Positions 44,208 through 59,596 of a stretch of DNA of 64,000 nucleotides are shown here, in pieces. The notes below the pieces were generated by a model. It worked only from the letters and a program-made list of their open reading frames with translations. It was not told the origin of the DNA and searched no databases. Source of the stretch: the human T2T-CHM13v2.0 reference genome, Homo sapiens; the NCBI RefSeq assembly GCF_009914755.1, contig NC_060938.1. The stretch is one strand, 5' to 3'. How positions within the stretch are numbered: the first letter of the stretch is position 1; the number at the start of each line of letters is the position of its first letter. The translations under genes were made by a program, and so were the position numbers.

Positions 44208-44929
44208 TAGATTTCTAGGTAGACCTTCATGGAACATACTTATCTTTTCCTCTGGATCCATGAATACTATACATTATCCAGATAAAATCTAGAAGAACAG
44301 TATTTTATCTTAAAAGTATTTTATTATGTATTTCATTTCTGATGCTCATTTTTATGTGAATTTAGCAAAATCACTGAGTTTTTTTCAGGGAGCATAATTT
44401 AATCTTTTAATAATAATGATATGACTTTCACTCTATAAGATGATTTCACATTATTGAACTCATTTTAATATGAAGTAATCATCATATAAAGTAGTCCAGT
44501 TTATATGGACTACTATATATGAGTAGCATGAGCATGCATGAGAATCATCTGGAAGGTTTCATAAAACTCCATTTTCTGTTAAGGAAGGTCTAGGCTGCAG
44601 CCTGAGAGTTTTAATATCTGACAAAAGTTTTAGGTTTAGGGACCGTGCTTTGAGAACCACTGAGGTGGACCTTGCTGGTAACTTTATCTTCAAATGAAGC
44701 CTAATTTGTTTATGTGATTTTAATTGTATTCAGGAAACATTTAATGAATAGTAATGTGACTAAGGTACTATACTAGGCATTATAAGCAGATAGAAACATC
44801 AGTAAGAAATTTCCTTTCTCTCCAAGGAAGTGGTGAAGGAGTAGAATATAGAAAAGAATTTCTTACCGCTAGTCTAGTGCTTTTCTTTCTACAATCATGA
44901 TCTTTAAGATCTAAAGTTGGGCTACCTTG

Positions 44930-45110
44930 TTAAAATTGTGGCTTTATTGTTTTGTAATCTTGGACAAGTTACTTAACCTAGGTCTTAGTTTCCTTATCAG
45001 TAAAATGAAGAGTAATCACTTTATTGAATTGTTGGTAGATTAAATGAAATAATATATGTAATGCACTTAGTACTGATATATGAACTTATATCTAGTAATT
45101 TTTAGCTATT
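44930..45110. mobile_element. MIR remnant
   Basis: cttggacaagttacttaacct...agtttccttatcagtaaaatg core. Confidence 0.7.
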
Positions 45111-47116
45111 ATGAATAGCCTTTATTCATTAAACAAATGTATAATGAGTGCCTACAGTGTGACAGATACTGAATTAAGTGATCAGGATAAATACTAAGCA
45201 AGACAGTACACATCCTCTGCACTCATATCTTGTGGGAAGTCCAACATTTTTCAAAAAACTGAGGCACTTCAGTTAATATCATTTATTGTGGGGCTAAGCA
45301 CCTTTTTTCACGAGCTACAACACTAGATACGAAATAGGGAGCTATGTCATCAGCAAAGTAACTTTGGTTCCTTCATTTCTTTTGCCTCCTTTGAAAAAAA
45401 ATCGGTAATATCTGACTCTTTGCAGAAGTGTCATGAAACTTAATTGAGTACTTTCTATAAAATACTTTGAGTTGCTCTGCAAGAGGTCCTGTATGGATTA
45501 AAAGTATTGTGTTTTGTCTTCTGTAGGGTGTTTTAGAAGCCTTATTTTATATATCACCCGATTTTTTATTTTTAACTCACTTCAGATTTTAAGGTGAACC
45601 TCTTTATCTAGAACCTAGTTAAGCTTTAGTTTTAAGGTTATATCTTCCACTGATCTGGTCTGTACTTTTCACGGCTAGTGCCAACAGATTAGTTATAAAG
45701 GTTAGGAAGATACTAAATTTGTCATTCAGGAAAAGAAACTCTACCAGCCCCACTATGGCTAACTTTTTTCATTTCATGGACTTAGTTCAGTTTAAACTTC
45801 CTTGATTGTGGAAATAATAGCCAGGGCCAAACTATGTTTCCCTGGTTCTAGGGGGAGACAACTTTTTGTATGGTAGTCAGAAAAGTGAAAAGTTACAGAT
45901 TTATCAGGTTTAATATATAGTTTAGCCCTGCCCGTGTGCTACAAGTGGTTATTTGGTTTGTTTGATTTTTAATCCTTACTTGTACATTTTGTAGTCGGTA
46001 GTGGCAACCACAGGGTATGAAAATTTAACATGGCTTGAATTTCAAACACTCAGAATTTCTTAATGTTACAACTAAAGAGGATGTAGAAAGCATCCTTTCT
46101 TTATTCATCTGGAATCAAAGGCCTAGTTAAGGCTAAATGACTTACCCACGGTCATACAGCTTATAAATGCCAGAACTCTGGTTAGCACATTCACTTGTAC
46201 ATACCCCCAGTCTAAGTCCTTATCAGTAAACTCATGCCAAACACTTTACCTCGTTACTAGCAGAATAATCTACCATCATTACTAGAAGAATGATGATTAG
46301 AGGCACAGAAACTGCCTGGAATATCTAGGAATTAAATAATTTTAATAATTTAGATACCAATCTTTTATCTGAAAAGAGATTTCTTTTAAGCTTAGAATAT
46401 TTTTGTTTTTATGAAGAGTATGGCTGCCATCAATTTATCTGCTTATTTACATTATCTATATATGTGCCCTTTAGAGAAACTATTGAACATATTTCCAAGA
46501 ATTAGAGGAAATAGTGAATTTTAATAAGCTCCTTGACTTTAATTCTTTAGTTAGTCATAAATCAGCTGTGTCTGTTGTCATTCTGAGTTGTACAAAAAAT
46601 CTTGGGATATTTCCTTTGTCACCATTACTGTGAAATTATTATTGTTCATACATAACTTGACATGATGTCCTTGCAGATGGAATTTAGTAATTCTTGTTCA
46701 AGTCTGTCCACCAGTGCAGGAATTAGTTTGTACAGTGATCATTTCATAGCTATATCATACCTTATTATGGTTGGTGTCTATTTTTCTCCTCCATTATTTT
46801 ATGTTTGTGTGTGAAACTATATCCTTTGTACCAAGTAAAATGGTTAAGTGAAGGAAAATACTAAAGGTAATGCTTCCAGTAAAAAGTAATCAAAATATTT
46901 CCCATCACCTGTACATGCCATGTCTATTCCTAATAGTTTATGTGCCCTAAGGTTGTTGATGAAATGATCAATTTAGTTTTTTACACCACAAGATGTTTCC
47001 TCAGCCTGAACTAACTACACATACTAGACCTGATTCTTCCACATAGATTGCTTGTGATAATTCAAAATGGGAATCTTGCCTTTATGTTTAATAGTTTGAA
47101 GTACCTTTCAACAATA

Positions 47117-47428
47117 TTTATTTATTGTTTTTTGTTTTGTTTTTAGAGACAGAGTCTTGCTCTGACACCCAGGCTGGAGTGCGGGGGCATGATCCTAGCT
47201 CACTGCAGCCTCGAACTCCTGGGCTTAAGCAGTCCTCTCACTTCAGCCCCCACAGCACCTGGGACTACAGGCATGCTCCATCATGCCCAGCTAGTTATTT
47301 TATTTTTTATTAGAAATAGGGTCTCACTATATTGCCCAGGCTGATGTCAAACTCCTGGCCTCAAGCAGTCCTCCCACCTCAGCCTCCCAAAGTGCTGGGA
47401 TTATAGGTGTGAGCCACTGTGCCTGGCC
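47117..47428 (-). mobile_element. AluJ
   Basis: Diverged dimer; TSD remnant tcaacaat. Confidence 0.9.
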
Positions 47429-50371
47429 TCAACAATTTATAATTTGGTTTTTTAAAGGATATTGACTATTTTAGGCTATATATGATGACTAGCTTTCAAA
47501 ATGCTTTTCTAGCTTATATAAACAATATTGAATAGATGATTTAGTGATAGAGAACTCCACTTAAATTCAGTTCCCCACTTCAATCTTTTTCCTTGTAAAA
47601 ATTAAAAATTATTCACCTTAACAGTTAAACTACCTAGGCTGTTCTGTCTTTCCTTCTCTTGTCTTTTTCCCACTGTCTTAATAAATACATAAGTTAAACT
47701 GAATTCTTAATATGATAAATGTAATTGGAAAATTTTATTTGTAAATGAAAATAATGACTAGTAAAAAAATAATTTATAAATACGATAAAGTTTGATGCCC
47801 TGGAGGCGAGGTGCCTGGTTTAAATACATGTTTAGGTAGATGACCGTTTGGTATATCCACTTATCTAAACTGAACAGTTACCTTCTCTCCATGCCTCATT
47901 TCCAAAAGGTTTTAGTCAAAGAGTTTTATTTGACATCCTTAAGGTTTATGTGGAGGCAACCTTGAAATAAAAGTAATTCAATTAAAGTATTTGCTATTTG
48001 CTAGATACCTATGCTGTACTACATGAAGACAGACACAGTCTCTTTCGTGTAAAGGGCAGTCAAGGGGGAAAGATAGACAACTGAATAAGCAATTAAAATA
48101 TGTTGTGCTAATGTGGTGGTATGGTTAAGACTACCCTGAAGCAAATATCTAATGCATATTTGGGGTTCTTTTGGAAGAAATGATTTTTAAGCTGAGACCT
48201 AAATTATGAGTAGGAGTCAACCAGGTAGGGACATGGTGGAAGAATTTTCTGTCAGTGGGCACAACATGTAAAAAGACAGGCAAGAGAACATGGAGTCACT
48301 GGGGGAACTAGTAGTAATTCATTGTAAAGCTTGAATACTGAGAGACTAGCTAATGTTTCCTTTTAAAAACAAGCATCACTTACAGGATTTCCATTTTGAT
48401 GGTTGTGTATTCTTGTTCTTCACTAAAACTGACAGGTTTTAATTCGAGAGTCAAAGCTGTTTTTTTGATTTTGGTTTAGAGAGTAGACAGAGTTATAAGA
48501 AATTGATTTCAGATGACTTTTTTGTTATCTCATAACTATTAAACTGTTTATTCAAATATCTCACTCAGGTCAGAAGGAAAATCTTTAGCAAGTAGAACAC
48601 AAATGAAATTATACTTTCAGTCTTTCCTTTGATACTAATATTTTAACCTTTACAAAACTACTAAGATGTCTGTTGGAATCATCTAAATATTCTAACCAAG
48701 TTGTATCCTTAATAAGGATTGACGTCAGGTAGACTAATTTATAAACTGATATTAAGCAATAATGTGATTAAGAATATATAGATATAATATACATATTAGG
48801 CTATAGATATGCATATGTTAAGTCTTTTTACAGTAGTATTTTCAGTCTTTGATAATTGTATTAATAGAAACTTAAAACAAGTACATTTACTATTTTTGAT
48901 CCCTTATGCTGCAAAAAATCTTGATTTCTCTGTTTAGGGGATCTGAGGGAGAGGAAGGATATTAGACTGTGAGTCTGATCCAGTTCTGTTGTTTTTAGCT
49001 TTCTGAACTTTGTGAATTAACTTAGCTTCTGAACCTCAGTTTAGCTCTTTAAAAAACTCATGATACTCATTATCTACCTCCCTGTCCACCTGGAATATAT
49101 TATTAGGTTATAACCTGCAACAACAGGAAAGTTATCCTTTTATTCTGAGATGAAAATCATGCCTTTATAAGAGCTTCATATGTAGTTTTCTGTCTAAGTT
49201 AAATGGAAAAGTTGAAAGAAATACAGAGAAGCAAGATAACTTCTGAGAATAACTTCTAGACATTCAGAATATCTCTATGCTTAATAAACCCACAATTTAA
49301 TCAAAATAAAATTCTGGGCCACTCATAGAGTCTCTCCGCAGCTACCTGAAGCCTTCAGCAGTTTTAAGTATTTTTTCTATCTCAACATACCTAAGATAGA
49401 AGGTATACTCTTTCTTATGATAGTTATTCTGTGTAATTAGTGAAACTGGCTTTGTTGCAGCAAAGATCTGGTTGTGCAGGAGGCTATTTGGAGAGTGAGT
49501 TGGTACCACATATAGTTGAAAAGCTAGCTGTCTCCTCTCCAAGATTCTAGTAGGTTTCTCTGCCCTTTACCTGACTCCTTTTAGAATCATTAACCTAAAC
49601 AAGTATCATTGCAGGTACATAAGGACTTTTGATTCAACTGCTATAAAACTTTTTTGTTTTACTACTTATGGGCCACAAAAGAAAGAAAGATCTTTGCTTC
49701 AGGAATTTAAAATTCCAGTTAGAATATACTTAATGTCTCAGAAGAAGTTAAGCTGCTTTTCACCATTACATCTTCTTTCATTTCCCACTTAAGGAGATAG
49801 AAGTCTATGGTATCTCATTAAAATCTAGTGGGATCATCAGGAAATACAGGAATAGGGAACTGAAGCTTTGTCCACATTGTAGCCTTGACCCTTGTGAGCC
49901 TACACTCTTACAATTACAGATATTTATTTTCGTGTTTATCCTGTAAGTGCTTCTCAGATTGAGTTGTGAGTAAACCTGGGGAAAGTGAATTAGAGATTTG
50001 CAACCTACCAGGATAAAACATGGTACATTTTCTTGGACTATTAATTTTATTTACTGGTAGGTAAGCTAAATCATTTTCAAATAATAAAACAAGATCTGTA
50101 ATGGTATAAAATGAAAATTTGATCAAACTCCAGCCCATTGATTGAGGCCAGACTTCATATTCTCAGTAGCATGAATTTACCTTCCTCTGCTGTTAGGAGC
50201 ATTTTGGTGGAAAATTTTAAGAAACACCATTCTATGAGTTTTTTAGCTGTTTATTTCACCTTGACAGAGACTCCATATGGGAGCAAAGCAGCAAGGTACT
50301 TCTAGGTTATTTACCTTCTAGGTTATTTACACAGTGCCAAGCGTTTGACCAGAGCACATTAGATGTAATAA

Positions 50372-50690
<319 letters not shown>

Positions 50691-51781
50691 AATGTAATAA
50701 ACAAAACCTGTCTCCCCAGATCCCCATCCAAATTTCAAAACATTACCCTTCTAGCTATGTGAAGCACTTTTATTAAACTGTAGATTTTGTTTTGAAAAAA
50801 TAGTCTATTACCAAGAATGAATCTTTTAAGCAATTTATTCTCCCCTTTTTAGAAAAGGTTCTGGCAGAATGAGTTCAGAGATAAAAGGACGTGTGACTTA
50901 GGAAAAAGCAATACGTATTTAGCATCCACCTCACTATGGAGTGTAAACTATTTCATTGGAAAAGTTTCTGAAAAATCTCCTAAAGTCTATTTAGGACCTA
51001 TCCAAGGTTGTTAGAGCTAGAGATAGAATCCAGGTGTTCTTAATTTCCTGTGGGGTGTCTGGGCCACATAGCCTTGATAACTGTCTCAGAAATTATCAGT
51101 GTTTTTATAAATACTGATATACCTATTATGATAGATGTATTCCTTAAAGATTTGGCATAAATTATTACAAATTGAGTCGTGTTTGAAACATTCCAGCGGA
51201 GCTAGATTACAAAGTAAATAATCTTTTTTCTAATAGGAGCTAGTAGTCGGTCCCCTGAGTCACCCCCCACCCCTCCTTCCTTCTTCCTTCCCTCCTTCCC
51301 TTCCTTTCTTCCTTTTGTAAGTATTTGGGTTTTTCTGTTTTCCTCAGACATACTTATGTGAATCTTTGAGTCTCAGTCACAGTTGACCTTCAACTCAAAC
51401 ACCAAAGTATAGAAAAAGAAGATTGCAATCTTTCAGTAGCATTTTGATAACAGAGTCTTGTTTGCTTAAAACATGTGGATCACGTTAGAGTGATTCTACA
51501 AACAAGATAATTGTTGACATTTTGAAGAAAGTAAAGAATGCATCCTGTCCCTTTTGGTTAGTTTTATATGCCAGAGCTCTGAGTATGATGTGAATCTGTA
51601 ATTTCTTTGTCTCCCTTCCCCAGGATTATATAAATTGTAGGCTAATTTCATGGAATAGGAAATAATAAAGTCCGTGATCTTTAGTGGAGTTATACATATT
51701 TTTTTCCCTCCAAAAGGTTGTTACTCAGTAAGAAAGTTCTATAGTGGTTTATACATCAGTTCCATTGGAAAGAAAGACATA

Positions 51782-51783
<2 letters not shown>

Positions 51784-51833
<50 letters not shown>

Positions 51834-51872
51834 CGCGCACGCGCGCGCACGTATGTGTGTGCGCATGTGTGT
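51784..51872. repeat. Compound (TG)n(CG)n alternating purine-pyrimidine tract
   Basis: 89 nt of uninterrupted purine/pyrimidine alternation. Confidence 0.95.
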
Positions 51873-54499
51873 TTTTAAGTAATAGACTTTATTACTCATG
51901 CATTTTTGTTGCCTTAGCAGAAGGTCAAAAGCAGATTACAGAATCATAAACCTTCTTAGATGATACTTTGGTATCAGGCTTCTTTCTTTTGTTTTGCTTC
52001 CCCAAATACAAAGATCAAAAATATTCTTAGCAGTTATTGAAAATAATTAGAGTTGAGTCTTCCACCTCTTCCTAAAGAGGTCCTCCTTTTGATTCAATTT
52101 AAGTTTAGTCTCCTATTATAAGTAGCCATTAAACTTAATGCAGGTTATATTCTCTGGAAGCAAGAAATTGCAACTAGTGATACTATAAGTCATACTGATT
52201 TTCCCAAAAGATATATTACAATTAGAGTTATCATTTTTGTTCAGATTTTGATATCCAACTTTACTTTTGAAAAAGTACAACTGCCAGCAAATACTGTATT
52301 AGGTATAAATAATGGGCACATTTATATTTATAATGTTTTTAATTATAAAGTTTCTTTAAAAAAAATGGATCAGTACCATAAACAGGGAAGTACACTAGTC
52401 ATTCAGTAAAAATTTGAATGTTTCTAGATGCCATGGGAAATATAAAGATGACTCTTCAGGAACTTGTCATTGAGTATCATGAGACCCATACATCTGTAAA
52501 TGTAAAAAAGGTAGTGTCATAAGAGAGGTATAAGGTCCTGTGGGCCACCAGAGAATAGAAAAACTGTTTCTGGCTAAAGCAATCAGAGACTTCACTAGAT
52601 CCATGAGCTGGGCTCTTAGAGAATGAAGAACATCATTTACCAGGACAGATCAGTGTCATTGATTTGGAGTCAGAAGTTATTAGCTGTGTTACTTTGGGTA
52701 GTGTCCCTTAACCTCCCTGTTCTGTGTACCTTACAGAGTTGTTATGAGCATTCAGAGTGATAATATATTTGACAGTGGTTTATATATTCTAAATCACCAT
52801 ATGTTATTATTACCACTTTAGTTTTATGGGAACAAAGCAAAATAACAATAATAGCATGATTGGGTTATAGAGTTTCAGCAGGGCTTCTTTTAACTTTAAC
52901 AGCCAACATTAATGAAACTCAGAGCTACTTGATGGCTTTTTGTGTAGCCATCCTCCCAAAGAGAGCCAGCTTTGGCTCCCGAGCTCCCCTAGCCCACATG
53001 AGGATCATTCTCCACTTCTGTTGGGTTTTATTTAGGTTGCCCTGTAAAAATCTCAGTGTCTAGGCTGACTAAACATCAAAAATATGCTCCTAATCAAGGA
53101 GCTGACCAGTTTCTCTTAGTTTCTGGGACAGGGTTGCCTTCTTAGCTAGAGCCATCGCTGACCCCAGTCAGAGAGCTCTCCTGACAAAACAGTCTTCAGA
53201 TAGTCTTTTTAAGGTCTCCAAGTTGATAGGATGATGGCTGGGAGTAAAGGGGGGTACTAGGAATAAACCATTTTGTCTTGGAGCTCTAATATGTATATAA
53301 TACTAAGAGAAGCAAAAATAGGCCCCTGTGAAGCCTCTACTCTGTGGGAGCTAATGCTTAGGAATCTGAACATACCCCAGGTAGGAATTTCCACGTAAAT
53401 TTTACCTAAAAGTAGAAAGGGTTTTTTCATTTAAAAGTCTTTTTTTCTAAACACTGCAATGGAATTGTACAAATCCTAAGGATCTGAATATTAGAAATAA
53501 ATACATAACAGTGAGGGCCTTTGACTGAGAAAACATCCCTTTGGTATCTCTCTATTGACTGGAAGGAGCTACATAATGCCAGACCAGCAGAGATTATGTA
53601 AGCAACCAAAAACGTAGTATTGAAGCACTGCAGCATGATCCTTTCCTCTCTAGGTTTTGGGTCTTGTATATTATATTTGAAGCTATTATTTAGTGCATCT
53701 AGGTTCTGGCTAGGAATGAACTGGAACATTTCAGTGGGATTTTAAGGCATGGTGAAAAAAGTAGTTGATGAAAGAGTAAATCACCGTGTTTTTCTTTCTT
53801 TGCTGCCACTGCCCATCTTGCTGTGTTCACTGAAATCAAGTGTAGGAGTTGGGGAGTAGGTTAAATACCTGCCTCTGCTGCTACATCTGGCAAATCTTGA
53901 TCCATATAATTTAGAATTAATAATAGGACATTGGCAAAAATAGGCATTATACTGTATGTTCCTCTTTTCTAGATTAGATCCAGTACCAACCATGGGGCCA
54001 CCCAAATTGAGACATTAGAATCTATACAGCAATCTTTCTGCATTCTTTGGAAATATAATACCTAGATTGAATTCAGAATATGTTATCTACATTTTAAAAG
54101 TTATATGGTGTCTCTATTTCAGAGGGAAGATTAATATTTTATGGCCTGTCATAAATGACCATCTTAGAGGCACCCATTTGTTTTATGTATGCATTAATAA
54201 TGGAAATTGAGTTCATTCAACTATTGTAATTTTTGTACATCTGTATCATGATTTATATATTGCCTCATTGATGAGCATGTAAATTATTTCAAGTTTTTGC
54301 CATTATAAACAGTGACATAGTATCTTTATGCATATCTCTTTGTGCATATATATTAATTTTCCTAGGGCAGTGCTTACAAACTGTATCACATTATACTATA
54401 TGTAAAAATTATTTTTACTGCCCATATTATCACCTGGGGGATGGTGGCAAAGCTACAGAGGTCTCTGACAGTGTGTCACATATAAAATCTTATGCTCTA

Positions 54500-54678
54500 A
54501 AAAAGGGCTTGACAAACTATGGTCCTCAGACCAAATTTAGCCCCCTACCTATTTTTGTAAATATGGTTTCATTAGAATATATTCATGCCCATTTGTTAGT
54601 GTGTTGTCTATGGCTGCTTTTACACTACAGTGACAGAGTTAAATGGTTCCAACAGAGGAACCATTGTATATGGCCCAC
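54500..54678. mobile_element. MER58-like MITE, truncated by the adjacent LTR
   Basis: Same internal text as the copies at 3483 and 22710. Confidence 0.7.
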
Positions 54679-54960
54679 TGTATTAGTCAGGGTTCTTCAG
54701 ACAAACTGAACCAATAGGATATACAGTGAGATAGAGCCTGAAAGATGTATTATAAGGTCAGTACCTTATAATTAGCTCACACAGTTATCAAGTCTGAGAA
54801 GTTCCACGATCTGCCATCTGCAAGCTGGAGACCCAGGAAAGCCAGTAGTGTATTATAGTTGAAAGGCCAGACAGAGAGCTAGAGGGCTGATGGTGTAATG
54901 ATTCCAGTTCAAGCCTGAAGGCCTGAGAACCAGGAGTGCCAGTGGCAGAAGACAGATGAC
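54679..54960 (-). mobile_element. MLT2 (ERVL) LTR fragment
   Basis: tgtattagtcagggttct...gaaccaatagga and ccatctgcaagctggagacccaggaaagcc. Confidence 0.8.
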
Positions 54961-56596
54961 CTAAAGATATTCTCTTATGTTTTCTTCCAGAAACTTTATA
55001 GTTTTAGCTTTTGCATTTATGTCTATGATCTCTCTAGTGTTAATTTTCATGTGTCACATAAGATAAGGGTTAAGACCATTGTTTTCCGTATTTTTATTCA
55101 TTTGTTCTAGCCTTATCTGTTGAAAACTTTTCCCATTTGAATTGCCTTGGTCCCTTTTGTCTAAAATCAATCAGTAATATATGGATCTATTTCTGGTTTC
55201 TCCATCCTGTTCAGCTGCTCTATTTGTGTCTGTCCTTACACTTTAAATTTTTATCAGCCATCAGATATTTCACAGCATGTTGATTAGAAAGCTGTACATA
55301 TGCCTAGAAGTGGTATTGTTAGGTCATATGAAAGTATACGTTTCTTTAACTTGCCTACATATGCCTAATCCCTCTATGGAAAAATTATTTCAGTATCTCC
55401 TCTGCTCTCAGAATCCTTCTCTTTTTAATCTGTCTTCCACAGTGCCATCAGAATGATATTTTCGAAACCAAATATGACTTTCTCTCCTAAGGCCTTCCAT
55501 GGCTGCTTAGTGTATAGAAACTCCTTGCTTAGAATATAGGATATAAGCTCCTTCACATAAACAGCCTGCTTTTCAAAATGTGCCCTGCACTCCATAATTC
55601 ACTAGTCCACCTACAAATGTATTCCTTGAAAGTTTTGTGTACTTTTACTGATATACTGGGAACATGTAATTCTTCCTCTCTAGAGAATATCTTTCCTCCA
55701 CTTCATCCCATGAAATCCTATTTATCTTTTAGTATCATTCCCTTTGTGATATTTCCCTCCAATTGTCCCCATGTTTTCACTGTATTTAAACAGTTCATGT
55801 TTCTTTGAGTATACTGTGAGTTCTTTAAGAAGCTTGTCCTATTTATTTTTGTTTCCTCATTGCCTAATACTACTGGCCAATACTTGTTACTCAGTTTTTT
55901 TAAATTAAATTGTCTATGATAAGCAGAATGGTCCTTGAAAAATTTTAATCTCCTTCTGAATCTATCAAATAAAGAAAATACCACCTTACCTATGTTATTC
56001 AAAGGTTTCTGGTGAAGAGCAAATGAAGTAATAGGCATGGAAATGTTTGAAGAATGTTTTAAAAATGTGATGGCCTTATTGTTGTTTATAACAAAATTTC
56101 ACTAGAATTAATCCTCTTGGTTTCTTACAAGCTTTATTATGGTGGAACTTTGCCTTCATATATTTGCATTGGTTAAAATTATCCTAATATTAAAAGACTT
56201 TAAATATTTTTATTTCTAATGTTTCCAGTAAAACTGAAAATAACTTAGTTAAAAAATATTTTTGCATTTAAAACTATAGAAAATAAGGCATTTTCTTTAT
56301 AAAATCTCAGTTGTATGTGTGTATGTGAGTGTCTTTTTGGATATCTTTGATTCAGTGAATATACTGAGTACTGCTCAGTTCAGGCACTATGATCGTGATC
56401 ACATTACAGTAATAGCTAATATTTAGTGAACCATACTACGTTACTGTGCTAAGAACATCACATATAATCTAATTTAATATTCACAATAACCCTTATTATC
56501 CACATTTTATATAGGTAAGTAACTTGCCAGAGGTAGTACAGCCGCTGATACAGAAACCCAGTCTGACTTCAAAACCTGACCTTTAAATATTGTGCT

Positions 56597-56753
56597 CAGG
56601 GATCAGCAAACTATAACACCCACAGCCTGGTTTTGTAAGGCCTGCCATATTTTCAACAGGTTGTTTTAAAAAAAAGATGTGACAGAGACATATGTGGCCT
56701 GCAAAGCATAAAATATTTACTATCTGGCCCTTTACAGAAAGTGTTTGCCAGCC
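56597..56753. mobile_element. MER58-like MITE (internally deleted)
   Basis: cagggatcagcaaacta...atatttactatctggccctttacagaaagtgtttgcca. Confidence 0.7.
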
Positions 56754-56897
56754 TAAAGATGGTTAAAGAGAGTCCCTGTAACTCTGGAAGCTCCCAATCC
56801 AAATAGGAAATAAACACAAACATTTTAAAAGTCTGCCTCAAGAGGCAAAATGTGGTTAGTGATGTTATTATAAAGATTTAAACAAGAATCCCAAGGG

Positions 56898-57194
56898 GGC
56901 CAGGTGTGGTGGCTCACGCTTATAATCCCAACACTTTGGGAGGTTGATGCAGGAGGATCGCTTCAGACTGGGAGTTTGAGACCAGCTCATCAACATAGTG
57001 AGACCTGGTCTCTTAAAAATAAATTTTTTTTTAAATTAGCTGGGCATGGTGGCACATGCCTGTAGTCCCAGCTACTTGGGAAGCTGAGGTAGGATTGCAT
57101 GAGCCCAGGAGTCCAAAGCTACAGTGAACTAGGATCATGCCATTGCACTCCAGCCTGGGCAACAGAGCAAGACCATGTCTCAGAAAAAAAAAAA
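56898..57194 (+). mobile_element. AluJ
   Basis: Diverged dimer; TSD aagaatcccaaggg / aggaaccccaaggg. Confidence 0.9.
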
Positions 57195-57690
57195 GGAACC
57201 CCAAGGGATTGGAGGTTGTAGTCATTCCAGCCAGAAAACTTAGAAGAAATGGCATTTGAACTGGTTTTGAAAAAGTTGTAAAGTGACCAGACATCTTAGG
57301 TATAGAAATCTGCACACCCGGAGTACTTGGCAGGTGATGATAAAAATACTTGCCCATGACATGCCAAGATACCAGAACTCCTGGGCATTATTTTTCCTTC
57401 TACCTCTTATTTGCTGAATTATGTAGAAGAGTGCATCAAAACATCTGCTTCTTAGTTTAGCCTTTAGTCAGTTGTGAATAAAAAATTGGTTCTGATAGTT
57501 ATCTTGTATTTTTCAAGTGAATCAAAAACAAATCTGATAGAGGGTGCTTCAGTGCAAGTTATTTTTTAAGCTGTAAAAATGTGAAAATGGTAGTGCTTTA
57601 GTTAAATAAACCTTGCATTTTGTATTCAGTCTTAGCTGTCATTGGATTGGCAAAACTGAAAACCAATGTTTACATTCACAGTAATTGCAA

Positions 57691-57996
<306 letters not shown>

Positions 57997-59252
57997 TTAT
58001 TTTTAGGAATTCAGCATGTAATTTTATAATGCATTTGCATTAATTTGGGAGAAAAAATGAAACCATGCTTTTGAAGAATATTGGCAAAAGTTGTCAAGTT
58101 AAGATAGAATTGCTTGTTAGGAAACTTTTTAATTGAATTGAGGAAATGACACAAGATTGGCATTGTTATTACTCAACCCTTGATTGTAAACAGTGCCAAA
58201 AATATAATAACACTACCATGAAAGATTTATATTTTGTAAATAAAGCACACAGAAAAATATTAAACTACATTGGGAGATGCATTTTCTGCCAACATAATTA
58301 AGAATATTACAGTTAAATAATCAAATATTTGGATATTGAGGAATTTTATTCTCAAAGAGAAAAAAGGATACTTTATGTGGATTGAAAAATATTCCAGACA
58401 CCAAAAATAAAAGCAGAGGAGGCATAAAGATTCCCTGATTTTACAGTTTGTGTAGAATAGCATCCATTGTATGAATAATGAATATTATGTCTATATTCAT
58501 GACATTTTTTTAAAATCTGATAATAGCTTCAAGCTGTTTCTTTTTCTGAATATCATTAATATTAATATATAATCATTAAACTAATTAATGTGTATGTGGG
58601 CAAATCACTGTTCCCTATTCTATTGTGGATATATAATTGAAATTAAATGTTTCTCATTTGAATAAGTGAAATCTCTTCTTTGAACATTTTTCTTAGCCTG
58701 AAAAGAATATATATTAATGATAAGTAGCAACTTTGGTTTCTTTGTTATACGTTGGTGCAGATATTTTGGTTGGCATTGATTTTATATTAAAAATATATAT
58801 ATATTTTATCGCATTTTCAGTTTGATAAAAAGACTTCTACTATAATAACTATAATATACCCTTAAATATTTATCAGTACATATTCCTCTGTATTTTAGTA
58901 GTGGAATTATCTATGTAATTGAGTGAAAACAGGAGTAACCACAGATGCATAAAAAAACACATCTGTAAATTATTGCATTTGCCATCTTTTATTAAAGACT
59001 GCCTTGCAATTCTGTTTCACGGAAATGAATTACCAGTAGGTCTTTAGAATATGCTAAGATGACGAAAAGGGAAGAAGGAATTCTTCTCAAAAGATTTGAA
59101 TGTAGTCTTTGAGTTGTAGCTAAAGAATAGTCTGAACCCTCTATCTACTCATGTCATTCTTTAAAAATAGTGGAAAGAAATGGTTCCAAAAGCTATATTT
59201 TGAAGCTATTATCTGTTGTCAAGGGCAAACTAGCATTTTAAAGCTATTGCTT

Positions 59253-59596
59253 TGATATGGTTTAGCTTTGTGTCCCCACCCAAACCTCATCTTGAATTAT
59301 AACCCCGAGGTGTTAAGGGAAGAACCTGATGGAAGGTGATTGAATCATGGGGGCAGTTTCCCCCATGCTGTTCTTGGTGAGTTCTCACACACTTCGTAAG
59401 CATCTGGCATTTCCCCTGCTCTCACTTCTCTCACCTGCCACCATGTAAGACTTGCCTGTTTTGCCTTCCACCATGATTGTAAGTTTCCTGAGGCCTCCCC
59501 AGCCATGTGAAACTGTGAGTCAATTAAACCTCTTTTCTTTATAAATTACCTAGTCTCGGGTATGTCTTCATAGCAGCGTGAAAATGGACTAATACA
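59253..59596 (+). mobile_element. THE1-type MaLR solo LTR (THE1C/D-like)
   Basis: tgatatggttt...gactaataca ends; 5-bp TSD tgctt/tgcat. Confidence 0.88.
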
